A DNA stretch of 64,000 nucleotides, from the NCBI GenBank assembly GCA_903884005.1, contig CAISDA010000072.1, forward strand, positions 95,522 to 159,521. The letters are read 5' to 3'. Under the pieces are notes generated by a model, which did no database searches, had not been told where the DNA came from, and saw only the letters and a list, made by a program, of their open reading frames with translations. Both the position numbers and the translations under genes were made by a program. Origin of the DNA: an uncultured Ignavibacteriota bacterium (GTDB taxonomy: Bacteria > Bacteroidota > Ignavibacteria > UBA10030 > UBA8401). Positions 38,983 to 49,006 of the stretch are shown here, one piece after another (within the stretch, counting starts at the first letter, position 1; each line of letters starts with the position of its first letter).

Positions 38983-40746
38983 TCAGGAAATTTCGTCGAG
39001 CTCTTGTTCAAGCAATTGCTTGGCGTGAAGATCGGCGTAGAAGCCGCCGAGAGCGACCAATTCGGCGTGCGTGCCCCGTTCAACGATGCGTCCCTGTTTC
39101 ATCACAATGATCATATCCGCATCCTTCACGGTGGAGATGCGGTGAGAGATGATAATGCTCGTGCGCTCGGCCATGACACGGCGGAGGTGTTTAAGGATCG
39201 CCTCTTCGGTGTACGTATCGACGGCCGAGAGCGCGTCGTCCAGGATCAGCAGCCTGGGCTTGCGGAGCACCGCCCGTGCAATGCTCGTGCGTTGCTTTTG
39301 TCCCCCGGAAAGTGTGATGCCGCGTTCGCCGAGCATCGTATCGAATTGTTTTGGGAAATCAATGATGTCCTTTGAGATCTGCGAGATCTCTGCGGCCTCG
39401 TGGATCAGTTCCCTGTCGGCCCCGTCGTCCCCATAGCTGATATTCGCCGAGAGGGTCTCGGAAAAGAGGAACGTCTCCTGCGGCACATAGCCGATATGGC
39501 GTCGAAGCGTATCGATCGGAATTTTTTTGATGTCGATGCCGTCCACGAGGATCTCGCCGTCGGCCGCGTCATAGAGCCGCGGCAGCAGGTTCACGAGCGT
39601 GCTTTTCCCCGCGCCGGTCGGTCCCACGATCGCGAGCGTAGTTCCGGCAGGGATCGAGAGCGTTATGTCATGGAGTGTGGGAGCCTGCGCATCCTTGTAG
39701 GTGAAGGTCACATGGTTGAACTCGACCGCTCCGCGCAATTCAACGATCGACCGGTCTGTCTCGTCGGTGTCGCGTATTTCGGGAACGGCGTCGAGGATCT
39801 TGCCAAGCCTGGCCATCGACGCGGCACCCTGCTGGAGGATATTCGTGACCCATCCGAACGCGATCATGGGCCAGATCAGCATCCCCAGGTATGTGAAGAA
39901 CGCGGTCAGCGTGCCGATGGAGATCGTGCCGCTGATAACCTGCCGTCCGCCGATGTACATGGCAAGGATGATGGACAAGCCGATGAGCACATGCATGAGC
40001 GGCCACATCACGGACTGCGCCTTGGCCAGGACAAGATTTTTTTCCAGATAGTCCCAGCTGAGCTTTCGGAACTCGCCGATCTCGTATTCTTCACGCACGT
40101 ACGCCTTCACTACTCGTATGCCCGAAAGGTTCTCCTGGGCTCGCGTGGTGAGAAGCGAATATTGTGCCTGTCGTTCGTTGAATTTAGTATGGATGAGCTT
40201 GCCAAGCTTGTAGACGGCAACAGAGACCAGGGGCAGCGGCACCAGCGCCAGCAGCGCCAGCGACCAGTCCGTAAGGAGCATCATCGTCAGCGCCATCGAA
40301 AACGTCATGAGCGTATCGGAGGGATACATGATGCCCGGGCCGAGGGCGTTGCGGACCGAATTGATATCGTTCGTCGCATGGGCCATCAGGTCGCCTGTCG
40401 GCGTGTTCTGAAAAAATGTAAGCGGCAATTTCTGCAGGTGGGCAAGGAAGTCGTTGCGCAGGTCGTATTCGATGAGGCGCGACACGACAATGATGGTCTG
40501 CCGCGTCAGATATGTCATGATGCCGGCCATCAGGGAAAACGCAACGATCAATCCGGCGTAGAGCAGCAGGTCCGAATGGTGCAGACTGTGCGCGTCGAGG
40601 CCGGTCTTCAGCGTATCTATGGCTTTCCCGATAAAAAACGGCGTAGCCACAGTGAATGAATTGCTGATGATGACAGTGACAAGCCCCCACAAGAGCGTGG
40701 TTTTATAGATCCTGAGATACGGTATAAGGCGAAGTAATGATTTCAT
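38983..40746 (-). CDS. ABC exporter, fused permease-ATPase (MsbA-like), subunit 1
   Basis: 587 aa. Walker A GPTGAGKST, signature LSGGQKQR, Walker B LLILDDALSAVD, H-loop. Confidence 0.85.
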   Translation of the reverse strand: MKSLLRLIPYLRIYKTTLLWGLVTVIISNSFTVATPFFIGKAIDTLKTGLDAHSLHHSDLLLYAGLIVAFSLMAGIMTYLTRQTIIVVSRLIEYDLRNDFLAHLQKLPLTFFQNTPTGDLMAHATNDINSVRNALGPGIMYPSDTLMTFSMALTMMLLTDWSLALLALVPLPLVSVAVYKLGKLIHTKFNERQAQYSLLTTRAQENLSGIRVVKAYVREEYEIGEFRKLSWDYLEKNLVLAKAQSVMWPLMHVLIGLSIILAMYIGGRQVISGTISIGTLTAFFTYLGMLIWPMIAFGWVTNILQQGAASMARLGKILDAVPEIRDTDETDRSIVELRGAVEFNHVTFTYKDAQAPTLHDITLSIPAGTTLAIVGPTGAGKSTLVNLLPRLYDAADGEILVDGIDIKKIPIDTLRRHIGYVPQETFLFSETLSANISYGDDGADRELIHEAAEISQISKDIIDFPKQFDTMLGERGITLSGGQKQRTSIARAVLRKPRLLILDDALSAVDTYTEEAILKHLRRVMAERTSIIISHRISTVKDADMIIVMKQGRIVERGTHAELVALGGFYADLHAKQLLEQELDEIS

Positions 40747-40835
40747 CGGTCCTGCAAACTATTCATGATAGTGTTAAATTTACAAACATTGCCGAAGAGT
40801 TCCAAATTGCAGAAGCCCCCGTGCCGCGTATTCGT

Positions 40836-42551
40836 CTACCGCCGGAAGGAGTGCCGGGCCGGATGCGCCCGACGCGTGACGGCCTGCTTCTGTCTGTCTT
40901 TCTTCACTGCATCCTTTTCCACAAAGAGAGGCTTCCCAGTGAAGGGGTCCATTTCCGTATAGAACATGAGCGTCGAATACGTCGACGGAGTGGGAGTAAA
41001 TATTTGCACCTGTTCGGGACTGATGTGGAGCTCGTCGGTCGAATATTTTTTCAGCGCTTCCATATCGCTCTGGTCGCATCCCGGGTGGGCGGCGATCAAA
41101 TAATACGTGAGGAATTGTTTTTTCCCCTGCTCCCGGTTGAGCCGATCGAATCGCGATTTAAATTCCGTGAGGTAGCCGTTGTCGGGTTTTCCCATGGCTT
41201 CGAGGACCGTGTTCTGAATATGCTCGGGTGCGATCTTCAGTTGGCCGGAGACATGATGTTCCACGAGATCCGAGAGATACTGGCGGCCGTCTGCCTCGTC
41301 CTGCAAGATCATATCGTACCGCAGGCCTGAGGCGATGAACGCTTTTTTCACTCCCGGCACCGCGCGGATTCTTTTCAGCAGTTCGATCTGTTTCCGGTGA
41401 GAGATGGGAAGCAGATCGCACGCATCGGGGAACACGCAGCGTTTTGCCGGACAGCTCCCTTTCGCTATTTTTTTTTCGCACTCGAACCCATACATGTTCG
41501 CCGTGGGGCCTCCGACATCGGCGATGTAGCCTTTGAACTCCGGGTCCGCCGCCATCGACTCTATCTCGCGCACAATGGAGTTCTCGCTTCGCGAGACGAT
41601 GGTGAGCCCCTGATGCACGGCGATCGCGCAAAAATTGCATTCGCCGTAGCAGCCCCGATGCGTCGTGACCGAATAGCGGATCGTCTCCATTGCGCGCACC
41701 GCGCCCTGCTGTTTATAGAACGGATGCACATCCCGCTCATACTGCAGATCGTAGATCCGGTCGAGTTCCTGCTGCGTCAGATTGTGCGCAGGCGGGTTTT
41801 GAATGAGATACCGATTGTCATACTTTTGAAACAGCCCGTGCGCCGTGATCGGGTCGTTGTTCTTATAAAACAGGTGGAACATCTCGGTGAATTTTTTCTT
41901 GTCCGAGGCCGCGGCAGCGAATTCGGGAAGTTCCCGGTACCCTTCACGCGGGGCTTTTGCGATGTAACAGATGCCGCGGATATCGTCGACCGGAAAGTTT
42001 TTGGCGTAGGCCCTCGCAAGCTGCACCACGGCCTTTTCGCCCATGCCGTAGACGAGCACATCGGCCTTCGCGTCGAAGAGAATGGATTTTCTGACCTTGT
42101 CGTTCCAAAAATCGTAATGGGCGATCCTCCTCAACGACGCTTCAACGCCGCCGAGCACGATCGGCCGTGTCTGTTTAAAATATTCGCGGATGTGGTTCGC
42201 ATATATGATCGACGCGCGGTCGGGTCGGCGGGTATTGTCGCCGCCGGGAGTAAAATCGTCGTTCCTCCGTTTTTTCTTGAGGGCCGTATAATTTGCCACC
42301 ATCGAATCCACGCACCCCGCACTCACGCCCCAAAAGAGCAGGGGTTCGCCAAGCCGTGTGATATCGGCTCCGGAGCTGAGGTCCGGCTGTGCAATGATGC
42401 CGACGCGGAATCCGGCATCGACGAGGACTTTTCCGATGACGCTCGCGCCCGAATATGAGGAGTCGATATAGGTGTCGCCGTTGACGAGGATAACATCGAG
42501 CGCCTCCCACCCCAGCCGGTGAACTTCTTCTTTCGTCGTCGGTAAAAACAT
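40836..42551 (-). CDS. ygiQ: YgiQ-family radical SAM protein (UPF0313)
   Basis: N-terminal FLPTTKEEVHRLGWEALDVILVNGDTYIDS matches E. coli YgiQ [30 protein letters not shown]. Cys motif HRGCYGECNFCAI. Start moved to MFLPTT. Confidence 0.75.
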   Translation of the reverse strand: MFLPTTKEEVHRLGWEALDVILVNGDTYIDSSYSGASVIGKVLVDAGFRVGIIAQPDLSSGADITRLGEPLLFWGVSAGCVDSMVANYTALKKKRRNDDFTPGGDNTRRPDRASIIYANHIREYFKQTRPIVLGGVEASLRRIAHYDFWNDKVRKSILFDAKADVLVYGMGEKAVVQLARAYAKNFPVDDIRGICYIAKAPREGYRELPEFAAAASDKKKFTEMFHLFYKNNDPITAHGLFQKYDNRYLIQNPPAHNLTQQELDRIYDLQYERDVHPFYKQQGAVRAMETIRYSVTTHRGCYGECNFCAIAVHQGLTIVSRSENSIVREIESMAADPEFKGYIADVGGPTANMYGFECEKKIAKGSCPAKRCVFPDACDLLPISHRKQIELLKRIRAVPGVKKAFIASGLRYDMILQDEADGRQYLSDLVEHHVSGQLKIAPEHIQNTVLEAMGKPDNGYLTEFKSRFDRLNREQGKKQFLTYYLIAAHPGCDQSDMEALKKYSTDELHISPEQVQIFTPTPSTYSTLMFYTEMDPFTGKPLFVEKDAVKKDRQKQAVTRRAHPARHSFRR

Positions 42552-42662
42552 GAACGTATGTCTCTTCCACACACACTGTTGAAAAAATGGGGAACTGTAA
42601 AGCAACTCGCGCCGATGCAACAACCACGACTTACATATTTATACTAAACACCGGCGCGCGCT

Positions 42663-45203
42663 TTAACGTTCGATCCACGAACTCCGTCCAGCGGCAAGAT
42701 TGGGCCGAACGATGGTCCATTTATACGGTTTCGGCGCGGCCTGCACCCACGACGAATCGTTGAATGATGCAGACATCCATCCCTGTGCGGCGCTCTCGCT
42801 CACCTTCCATGTCGAGTCGGTCTGGAGTGTGGCTGCGGCGCCGTCTTTTGTTTCCAATTCGCAGTAGATATTCACGCCCGCAGAACCCGCCGGTGAAAAA
42901 TTTTTCACCTCGACGCTGATGACATTCGTTGAATCGGCCAAGAGCGGAAGGATATCGAACAGCTTCACGCGTTGGTGTTCTTCGGTCAGCGACAGCGACA
43001 TCCGTGCATAGACTTCGCCTGCGGCACGGCCATTAACGGCGACTGTCGCATAGGTGTCGCCGATGAGCTGCAAGTGCGCCGAACGCAGTCCGCGCGGAAC
43101 AACCGCCGTCTTGCGGAAGAAGGCATGCTGCACCTGGGGCATATCGTTCATGAACGGATGCGCCGCAGGATGATAGATGAACCGGCTCTCGAGCTGCACT
43201 TCGGCGGGGACGATGCCTCGCTGCGTCTCATCGATGATATCCTGCCAGTATGCGATCTGCCGATCGTACCGTTTCTGCAGGAGGTCGAGTCCCGGATAGC
43301 GGTTCGTGGTCAGCCAGACACGCGTGAATTCATCCTTAACCGCCTGCAGTGTGCTGATAACGGTGCCGGCAAGCGTTATGATCTGCTGCGCGACCGCCGC
43401 TGTGCTTCCGCCTCCGGGTGCCGGAGCGCGGAGGAGCTTGATCTGTTCCTGTGCGGAAATTTTTTGCGCGCACCACAGATTGAGGCGCGCAACGAATTCG
43501 AAATACTGCAGCTGATCGGCATTGCGTGTCACCGTGCGTTTCGCGCTGTTCAGGAGATCGAGCACCTCGGGCATTGTCGCGGCGATGCTCTGCACGCGAA
43601 GCAGCATGGGGATGGCCGCGTCCCGTGCGGCCGGCTCGCGCAGCGGCAGCATGGGATGCCGCCAGAGTTCGTGAAAGAGGTACGAATTTGCCGGCGTGGA
43701 AAGATAATTGAACACCGTTTGCATCTCTGTGCCGCGCGTGCCGAAATAGTACGGAAAGAATGCCCTGTTGAATTCTTCGACGGACGTTCGTGCCGGATTC
43801 CAGGCGCACTGCGAGGTCCATGCATAGCCGTAATAGTTGAACTCCCTCAGCGCCTCGCCTCCGTAATCGCCCCAGGTCGAGGTCAGCAATCCGATCGAAC
43901 CGTTCTCCATGCCGTCACGGTTCAGGTTGTGAATATTAACGAACGAATTGAGGAACGCCGGAAAGGGGGATGTGAAATTCCACACCGCCGGCGACACAAT
44001 GAAAGGAAATCCGGCGCGCCTGAAGACGGCGGGACTGGCGTAGTGCCATGCGGCGCCGTAATGCCAGTCGACGATCGTGATGCCTTTTGGAATTTTTTCG
44101 AGTATGGATGGATGGTTGAGTATCACGTCTCCGTACATCATCGGCAGTTTATGATACTTCTTCAGGATGTTGGCAACGCGTATGTAATGGCCGGCATGCA
44201 CCGTGGCAATGTCGCTCTGTGCCACACGTTCCCTGTTCACACCGAGCCCCACGTCCCATGATTCGTCCGCAGCCATATTAAAATAGGGGGAACTGAAACA
44301 TGCCGCGATCTCTCCGATCATTTCGTCGAGCAGCGCGTAGAGCCGCTCGTCCGAAATATTCACCGTATGGGCGCCGGGGAACTCGGCATAGCGCATGTAT
44401 TCGGGCAGGATGAGAATGTTTTCCCAGTGGCCGAGGGTTTCGAACGTGGGAATGAGTTCGACAAAGTACGACGCCGCACAGGCGTCGAGTTCCTTCCACT
44501 CGGATGATGAGAGCGCGCCGCGGTTCTTTCCGATGAGCGGGTGGCGGCTGAATTGAAACATGTCTTCGATGTACGGCGAATAGACGTTCAACTTGTACCG
44601 CGCGCAGAAGCGGATGATCTTCTTGAAATTTTCGAGCGTCGAGACCTGCCCGCGGCTGATATCGTCCGTGATGCCGCGCACGCGCAGCGCGGGAAAATCG
44701 AGTATGGAGACGCCCTCCACCGTATGGCTCCGTTTCTCGTGACGAAGGAGCTGCAAGAGCGTCATCACGCCGTAGAACACGCCCTTCTCCGATTCGGCGA
44801 TGACCACCACCCCTTCGGGCCGGACGTCGAGAAAATATCCCTCGGTCTTCATTGCCTCGGTCAATTCGCCTTTTCTGGCGTCAAGAAGGCCATGCGCAAA
44901 ATCGGAGGACACGGTGCCGAGGAAAATATAATTGGACGGGATTTTTCGCAATGACTGTTCCGTCACGATTTTCAGCACGGGCGCCTTCGCGTCGGCGAGT
45001 TCCTCGTTGATCTGGCGTGCGATGAATTCCAGTCGTTCAGACGGGCCGCCCACGACAATTTTTGTACCGGAAGTGATCTTGAACGGTGTTCTGGTCGACA
45101 CACACTGCTGCGGCGCGGGAATGACGCCGGGAAGCGCGGAGGCGTCCATGCACACGGCGATGCCCGGCCAGACGATCAATGAAAGAAGCGGGAATAGTTT
45201 CAT
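42663..45203 (-). CDS. secreted glycoside hydrolase, GH20 beta-N-acetylhexosaminidase-like, with C-terminal carbohydrate-binding-like domain
   Basis: Signal peptide MKLFPLLSLIVWPGIAVCMDASA; GH20b-like N-domain (GYFLDVRPEGVVVIAESEKGVFYGVMTLLQL); TIM-barrel region with …HWENILILPEYMRYAEFPG…MAADESWDVGLG. The family assignment is by resemblance only. Confidence 0.6.
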   Translation of the reverse strand: MKLFPLLSLIVWPGIAVCMDASALPGVIPAPQQCVSTRTPFKITSGTKIVVGGPSERLEFIARQINEELADAKAPVLKIVTEQSLRKIPSNYIFLGTVSSDFAHGLLDARKGELTEAMKTEGYFLDVRPEGVVVIAESEKGVFYGVMTLLQLLRHEKRSHTVEGVSILDFPALRVRGITDDISRGQVSTLENFKKIIRFCARYKLNVYSPYIEDMFQFSRHPLIGKNRGALSSSEWKELDACAASYFVELIPTFETLGHWENILILPEYMRYAEFPGAHTVNISDERLYALLDEMIGEIAACFSSPYFNMAADESWDVGLGVNRERVAQSDIATVHAGHYIRVANILKKYHKLPMMYGDVILNHPSILEKIPKGITIVDWHYGAAWHYASPAVFRRAGFPFIVSPAVWNFTSPFPAFLNSFVNIHNLNRDGMENGSIGLLTSTWGDYGGEALREFNYYGYAWTSQCAWNPARTSVEEFNRAFFPYYFGTRGTEMQTVFNYLSTPANSYLFHELWRHPMLPLREPAARDAAIPMLLRVQSIAATMPEVLDLLNSAKRTVTRNADQLQYFEFVARLNLWCAQKISAQEQIKLLRAPAPGGGSTAAVAQQIITLAGTVISTLQAVKDEFTRVWLTTNRYPGLDLLQKRYDRQIAYWQDIIDETQRGIVPAEVQLESRFIYHPAAHPFMNDMPQVQHAFFRKTAVVPRGLRSAHLQLIGDTYATVAVNGRAAGEVYARMSLSLTEEHQRVKLFDILPLLADSTNVISVEVKNFSPAGSAGVNIYCELETKDGAAATLQTDSTWKVSESAAQGWMSASFNDSSWVQAAPKPYKWTIVRPNLAAGRSSWIER

Positions 45204-45400
45204 AAAGGAGACCTTGGATTCAAGAGAACTTCGTGAGTGCATCCGTGATAGAAAAAGATATGAAAAAATTACCGCCGGCTCAACTCTGGCAATTGAGCAA
45301 GGCACTCTCTATATTGTTGGTCAATCGACCTCTCGCGTCATCGAGACTATTTTTGCGGGCCGGCGGCACTCGTCCCGCCTACTGTAACGACCACACACCC

Positions 45401-46162
45401 ATGAAGGCCGCGCTCTCCGTCTATATGCTGTTCTTGCTGCTGCAGGCCGGCAGTACACCCGCAGTGCCCTTTCAGCGACAAAACGGCGGCATCATCCGCG
45501 GAGATACCGCCAGGAAGACAGTGCACCTCGTGTTCACGGGGCATGAGTATGCCGACGGCGCCGATACGATCGGTGCAGTGCTCAGGCGGCACCGCGCGCA
45601 GGCGTCGTTTTTTTTCACCGGCGATTTTTATCGCACTCCCGCGTTTCGAAACAGCATACGCGCTCTGCAGCAGGCCGGCCATTATCTCGGGGGACATTCG
45701 GACAAACATCTGCTGTACGCGCCGTGGGAGGACCGGGACTCGCTTCTGGTATCGAAGAGGGAATTTCTGCAGGATCTTGAGGACAATTATCGGGCCATGA
45801 AGCCGTTCGGCGTAACGCGGCGAACATCGCCCGTGTTTCTTCCGCCATACGAATGGTACAACGACAGCATCAGCACATGGTGCCGTGAAGCGGGTTTGAC
45901 GCTCGTCAATTTCACTCCCGGAACTTCGTCGAACGCAGACTACACTATTCCCGAGGAAAAAAATTACGTATCCAGCGATTCAATTTTTCAGCGGATCCTG
46001 CGGTACGAATCGTCTCATGCGAACGGACTGAACGGATTCATCCTCATGCTTCATGCGGGTACGCACCCTCATCGGACGGATAAATTCTATCTGCGGCTCG
46101 ACGCATTGATGACTGCATTGGAACGCAGAGGCTACACGTTTACGCGCGTGTTAAATTATTGA
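45401..46162 (+). CDS. polysaccharide deacetylase (NodB-homology) family protein, secreted
   Basis: Start at MKAALSVYMLFLLLQAGS (signal peptide); VHLVFTGHEYADGADTIGAVL…FFFTGDF…GGHSDKH…FLPPYEWYN pattern. Confidence 0.6.
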   Translation: MKAALSVYMLFLLLQAGSTPAVPFQRQNGGIIRGDTARKTVHLVFTGHEYADGADTIGAVLRRHRAQASFFFTGDFYRTPAFRNSIRALQQAGHYLGGHSDKHLLYAPWEDRDSLLVSKREFLQDLEDNYRAMKPFGVTRRTSPVFLPPYEWYNDSISTWCREAGLTLVNFTPGTSSNADYTIPEEKNYVSSDSIFQRILRYESSHANGLNGFILMLHAGTHPHRTDKFYLRLDALMTALERRGYTFTRVLNY

Positions 46163-46574
46163 TGAAGCCGCGGCATTGTTCGGTTCCGCAGAGGCACGGT
46201 TCCAGGTCAATATCGGGATCATAATCATAATCGATCGTCAGCTCGCTGCCTGCGGCGATCTCCTGGCAGGAATAGATCATGATCCTTTCATTCGTAATTG
46301 CGTATGTGCAATTCGGCGTACAGGAATGGTTCAAGTATTTGAGTACATTTCCCTTCTCGTATCCGTCGATCACAAATTCATCGTTGAGCCAAAACGTATA
46401 CACGCCTTCGCGGTGCGGATCCGATTCGCGCGCCACCGCTTCATCCGATGAAATGCGTTCGCCTTCATAATCGGCGATATACGAATTTCCCGCAATGGCA
46501 ACCTTTGAAAAACACCCCAAGCGGTCGATGGACGATTCTTTTGATTCCAGTGTATCGATCATAATCCTATCCAT
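46140..46574 (-). CDS. minimal SET-domain protein (putative protein-lysine N-methyltransferase) with post-SET Cys cluster
   Basis: About 145 aa. SET motifs GCF (GxG-like), YLNHSCTPNCTYAI (NHSCxPN), ELTIDYDY (ELxxDY), post-SET CLCGTEQCRGF. Confidence 0.7.
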   Translation of the reverse strand: MDRIMIDTLESKESSIDRLGCFSKVAIAGNSYIADYEGERISSDEAVARESDPHREGVYTFWLNDEFVIDGYEKGNVLKYLNHSCTPNCTYAITNERIMIYSCQEIAAGSELTIDYDYDPDIDLEPCLCGTEQCRGFINNLTRA

Positions 46575-46732
46575 GGTGCTGTTGAAAACCAATAATGTGC
46601 ATTGTACCTACAATAAAATACAAAATAATTTCAATGAAGTCACGGTCTTTTTAAAATGCGAACGATCCCGTGCGGCCTTTGCGGCTGCTGCGGGATCGTT
46701 GTGTACCTTCTGCTTTGCGGGCGGCGGACAGT

Positions 46733-47671
46733 TCAGGCTGCCTTGAAGTGTCTCACCGATTTGTACTCGCCGTATGTGCGGAGCACTTCGATGGGCGATT
46801 TATTGCCGAGTTCACTTGCCTTGCGGTGATTGTTGTACTCATCGATGAATGCCTCCATCGCCGTCACCAGCTCCTCGGGCGCCCACTGTGAGTTCGTTTT
46901 ATAAAATTCGTTCTTGTCGATGTGATGTGCCCGGTCAATTTTTCTGTTTCGGACAAGTCCCCCGCGCGTCACAACGATATGGGTCATGCCCATGCTTTCG
47001 ATGTTTGACGTGAAGGCATGGCTCTTTACTCCCGGATGCGTGAAGCTTGTAAAGACCGTATCGATCTTCGTCTGCACGCACACGATCGGAAATGGGAACG
47101 CGCCGCACAACTGCTGTATAAAATCGAGTGCATTGAGCGTTGAGTGTGTCTTATACAATTTAACGATGCGCAGCCTGGTGATGCTGTCCAGCGCCGTATA
47201 CTGCACGACACGCGAGAACGGGAGCGGCACGCTGACGGCAAGCACGCCCACCTGTATCACATGGCCCGGCACTAACGGGTTGGCAAACTGCTCGCGCAGC
47301 GGCACGGGGGCGGCGTCCGCCATCGGTGTGCGCTGGAATATTTTCCAGATGGTTCGTTCCGACAGGCTGATGCTGTGTTTCTCCAGCAGCAATTCGCGTA
47401 TCTTTCTGGGACCGTAACCGGTTTCGTTGCGCAGTTGCTGGACCACGTCGCAGACCTCTCCCGAGGTCTGCATGGGAGAGCGGTGCGGTGTGCGAGGCTG
47501 ATCGGCGAGGCTGTCTGGAGTCTTGCCTGCCCGGCGGTAGCGTTTCAACCACTTGTAGAATGTCTTCCTGCTGATCCCGAATTTATCACAGACAATGTGT
47601 ACGCTGCGGCATGATTCGTATTCATGCACCCAAAGTGTTCGTTCCGCCGCTGATTCGGCCATGTTTTCCAT
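46733..47671 (-). mobile_element. IS481-family-like transposase gene (HTH + rve integrase-core fold); catalytic DDE positions appear substituted
   Basis: 312 aa. N-terminal HTH (VCDKFGISRKTFYKWLKRYRRAGK); integrase-core-like region. Candidate imperfect terminal IRs TCATTGAAATT (about 46645) and TCATTGAATTTT (about 47940). Expected DDE sites read …HVIQVGV…, …VQTKIDTVF…, …NRKIDRAHH…. Confidence 0.55.
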
Positions 47672-48103
47672 CGTACCCGCCGGTGTCTATCGTTCATTAT
47701 GTGAAAAAACATGCATCCATCGAGCGTGACTGGGTGTTGTTTCCCATTAATTTTTGGGATTTCACCGCATCGCTCAGAAAAATATTTCGTGAAAGACTAT
47801 TCTACTTACAATCATCGGACATTATTGTTAAAAGATGAGGAAAAATGTGCAGGTCTGTCGGAAAAATGATGTTTTTATTGTTGGGAGCGGCAAAAAAGCA
47901 TGAATCGGGGCAGGAATACACATATCCATGGTCAATCACAGTGCTCACGTCATTGAATTTTCCGGAAGGGGGGCGGCATGACACAATGTTGGCGCGTTCG
48001 AAGGGGCAACGCAAAACCAATGGGGAACTTTATGGCCTTGCATGATGGTTATACATATATCGTGCATTTCGTTCATTTCGTGCAGATCATTAATAGCTCT
48101 CCC

Positions 48104-49006
48104 ATGAATGAAAATACAGTTTTATCGACCATTGACGTTACCAGAATCTTGAAAGTGAATGTATCGACCGTCAAACGATGGACCGACAAAGGGATGCTCC
48201 GCTGCTCGAAGACGCCGGGGGGGCATCGTCGGTACACGCAAAAAGATGTCTCCGACTTCAGTGAGCGGTATGGATTCGGCGCCGGTGACGCGGTGCTGCG
48301 AGTAGCCGTTCCTTTGACGGGCACCGCGGAATCGATCGATGATGCGATCCTGTCAAAAAATTATTCAGCACTCGCCGGCGCGCTCAAAGAAACGATCTTG
48401 CGCGGCAGCCAGGACGACACCTATCAATTTTTGCGTCGCCTGTGCGTGAACCGGTACACGGTCACGGAAGTATACGATCATATTGTCGGCGGCTCGCTGC
48501 AGACACTTGGAACGATGTGGGAAGAGGGCAAACTCAGCATCGCACAGGAACACATCGCAACCAATTGCATGCTTGCCGCCCTTCGGTCGCTTCAGAATGA
48601 AATCCCGAAAAAGCCTTCGATCCATCGGACGGCGCTCTTCGGCTGCTTCGAAGGAGAACTGCATGAAGTCGGCATCACATGCATGCGCAACGTGCTGGAC
48701 GCTGAAGGCTGGACGACATTGTACCTTGGTCCGAACCTGCCTGTCGACTCGTTCATACAGGCGGTCGAACGGTACCGTCCGCACCTGGTGTGCGTCTCTG
48801 CAACGACGCCGAAGACACGATCTGCATTCCACAAGGACTGTATTGCGCTGCACACGGCAACGCAGCGCATGGGGGCGCACTTGATGATCGGCGGCAGCGC
48901 GACGATGCAGCACGGCGCAGGCGACATTGCAACGGACTATGTGCCCGCAAGCATCGCCGATGCCCTGCGATGGATCGAGACGCAGTATGGCGGTAGAATG
49001 TCATGA
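48104..49006 (+). CDS. carH: MerR-family transcriptional regulator with cobalamin (B12)-binding domain, CarH/LitR-like
   Basis: MerR HTH IDVTRILKVNVSTVKRWTDKGML…HRRY; B12-binding-2 helical bundle; B12-binding Rossmann with the E/D-x-H motif (FEGELHEVGITCMRNVLDAEGW). Start moved to MNENTV; stop overlaps the next gene (ATGA). Confidence 0.75.
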   Translation: MNENTVLSTIDVTRILKVNVSTVKRWTDKGMLRCSKTPGGHRRYTQKDVSDFSERYGFGAGDAVLRVAVPLTGTAESIDDAILSKNYSALAGALKETILRGSQDDTYQFLRRLCVNRYTVTEVYDHIVGGSLQTLGTMWEEGKLSIAQEHIATNCMLAALRSLQNEIPKKPSIHRTALFGCFEGELHEVGITCMRNVLDAEGWTTLYLGPNLPVDSFIQAVERYRPHLVCVSATTPKTRSAFHKDCIALHTATQRMGAHLMIGGSATMQHGAGDIATDYVPASIADALRWIETQYGGRMS

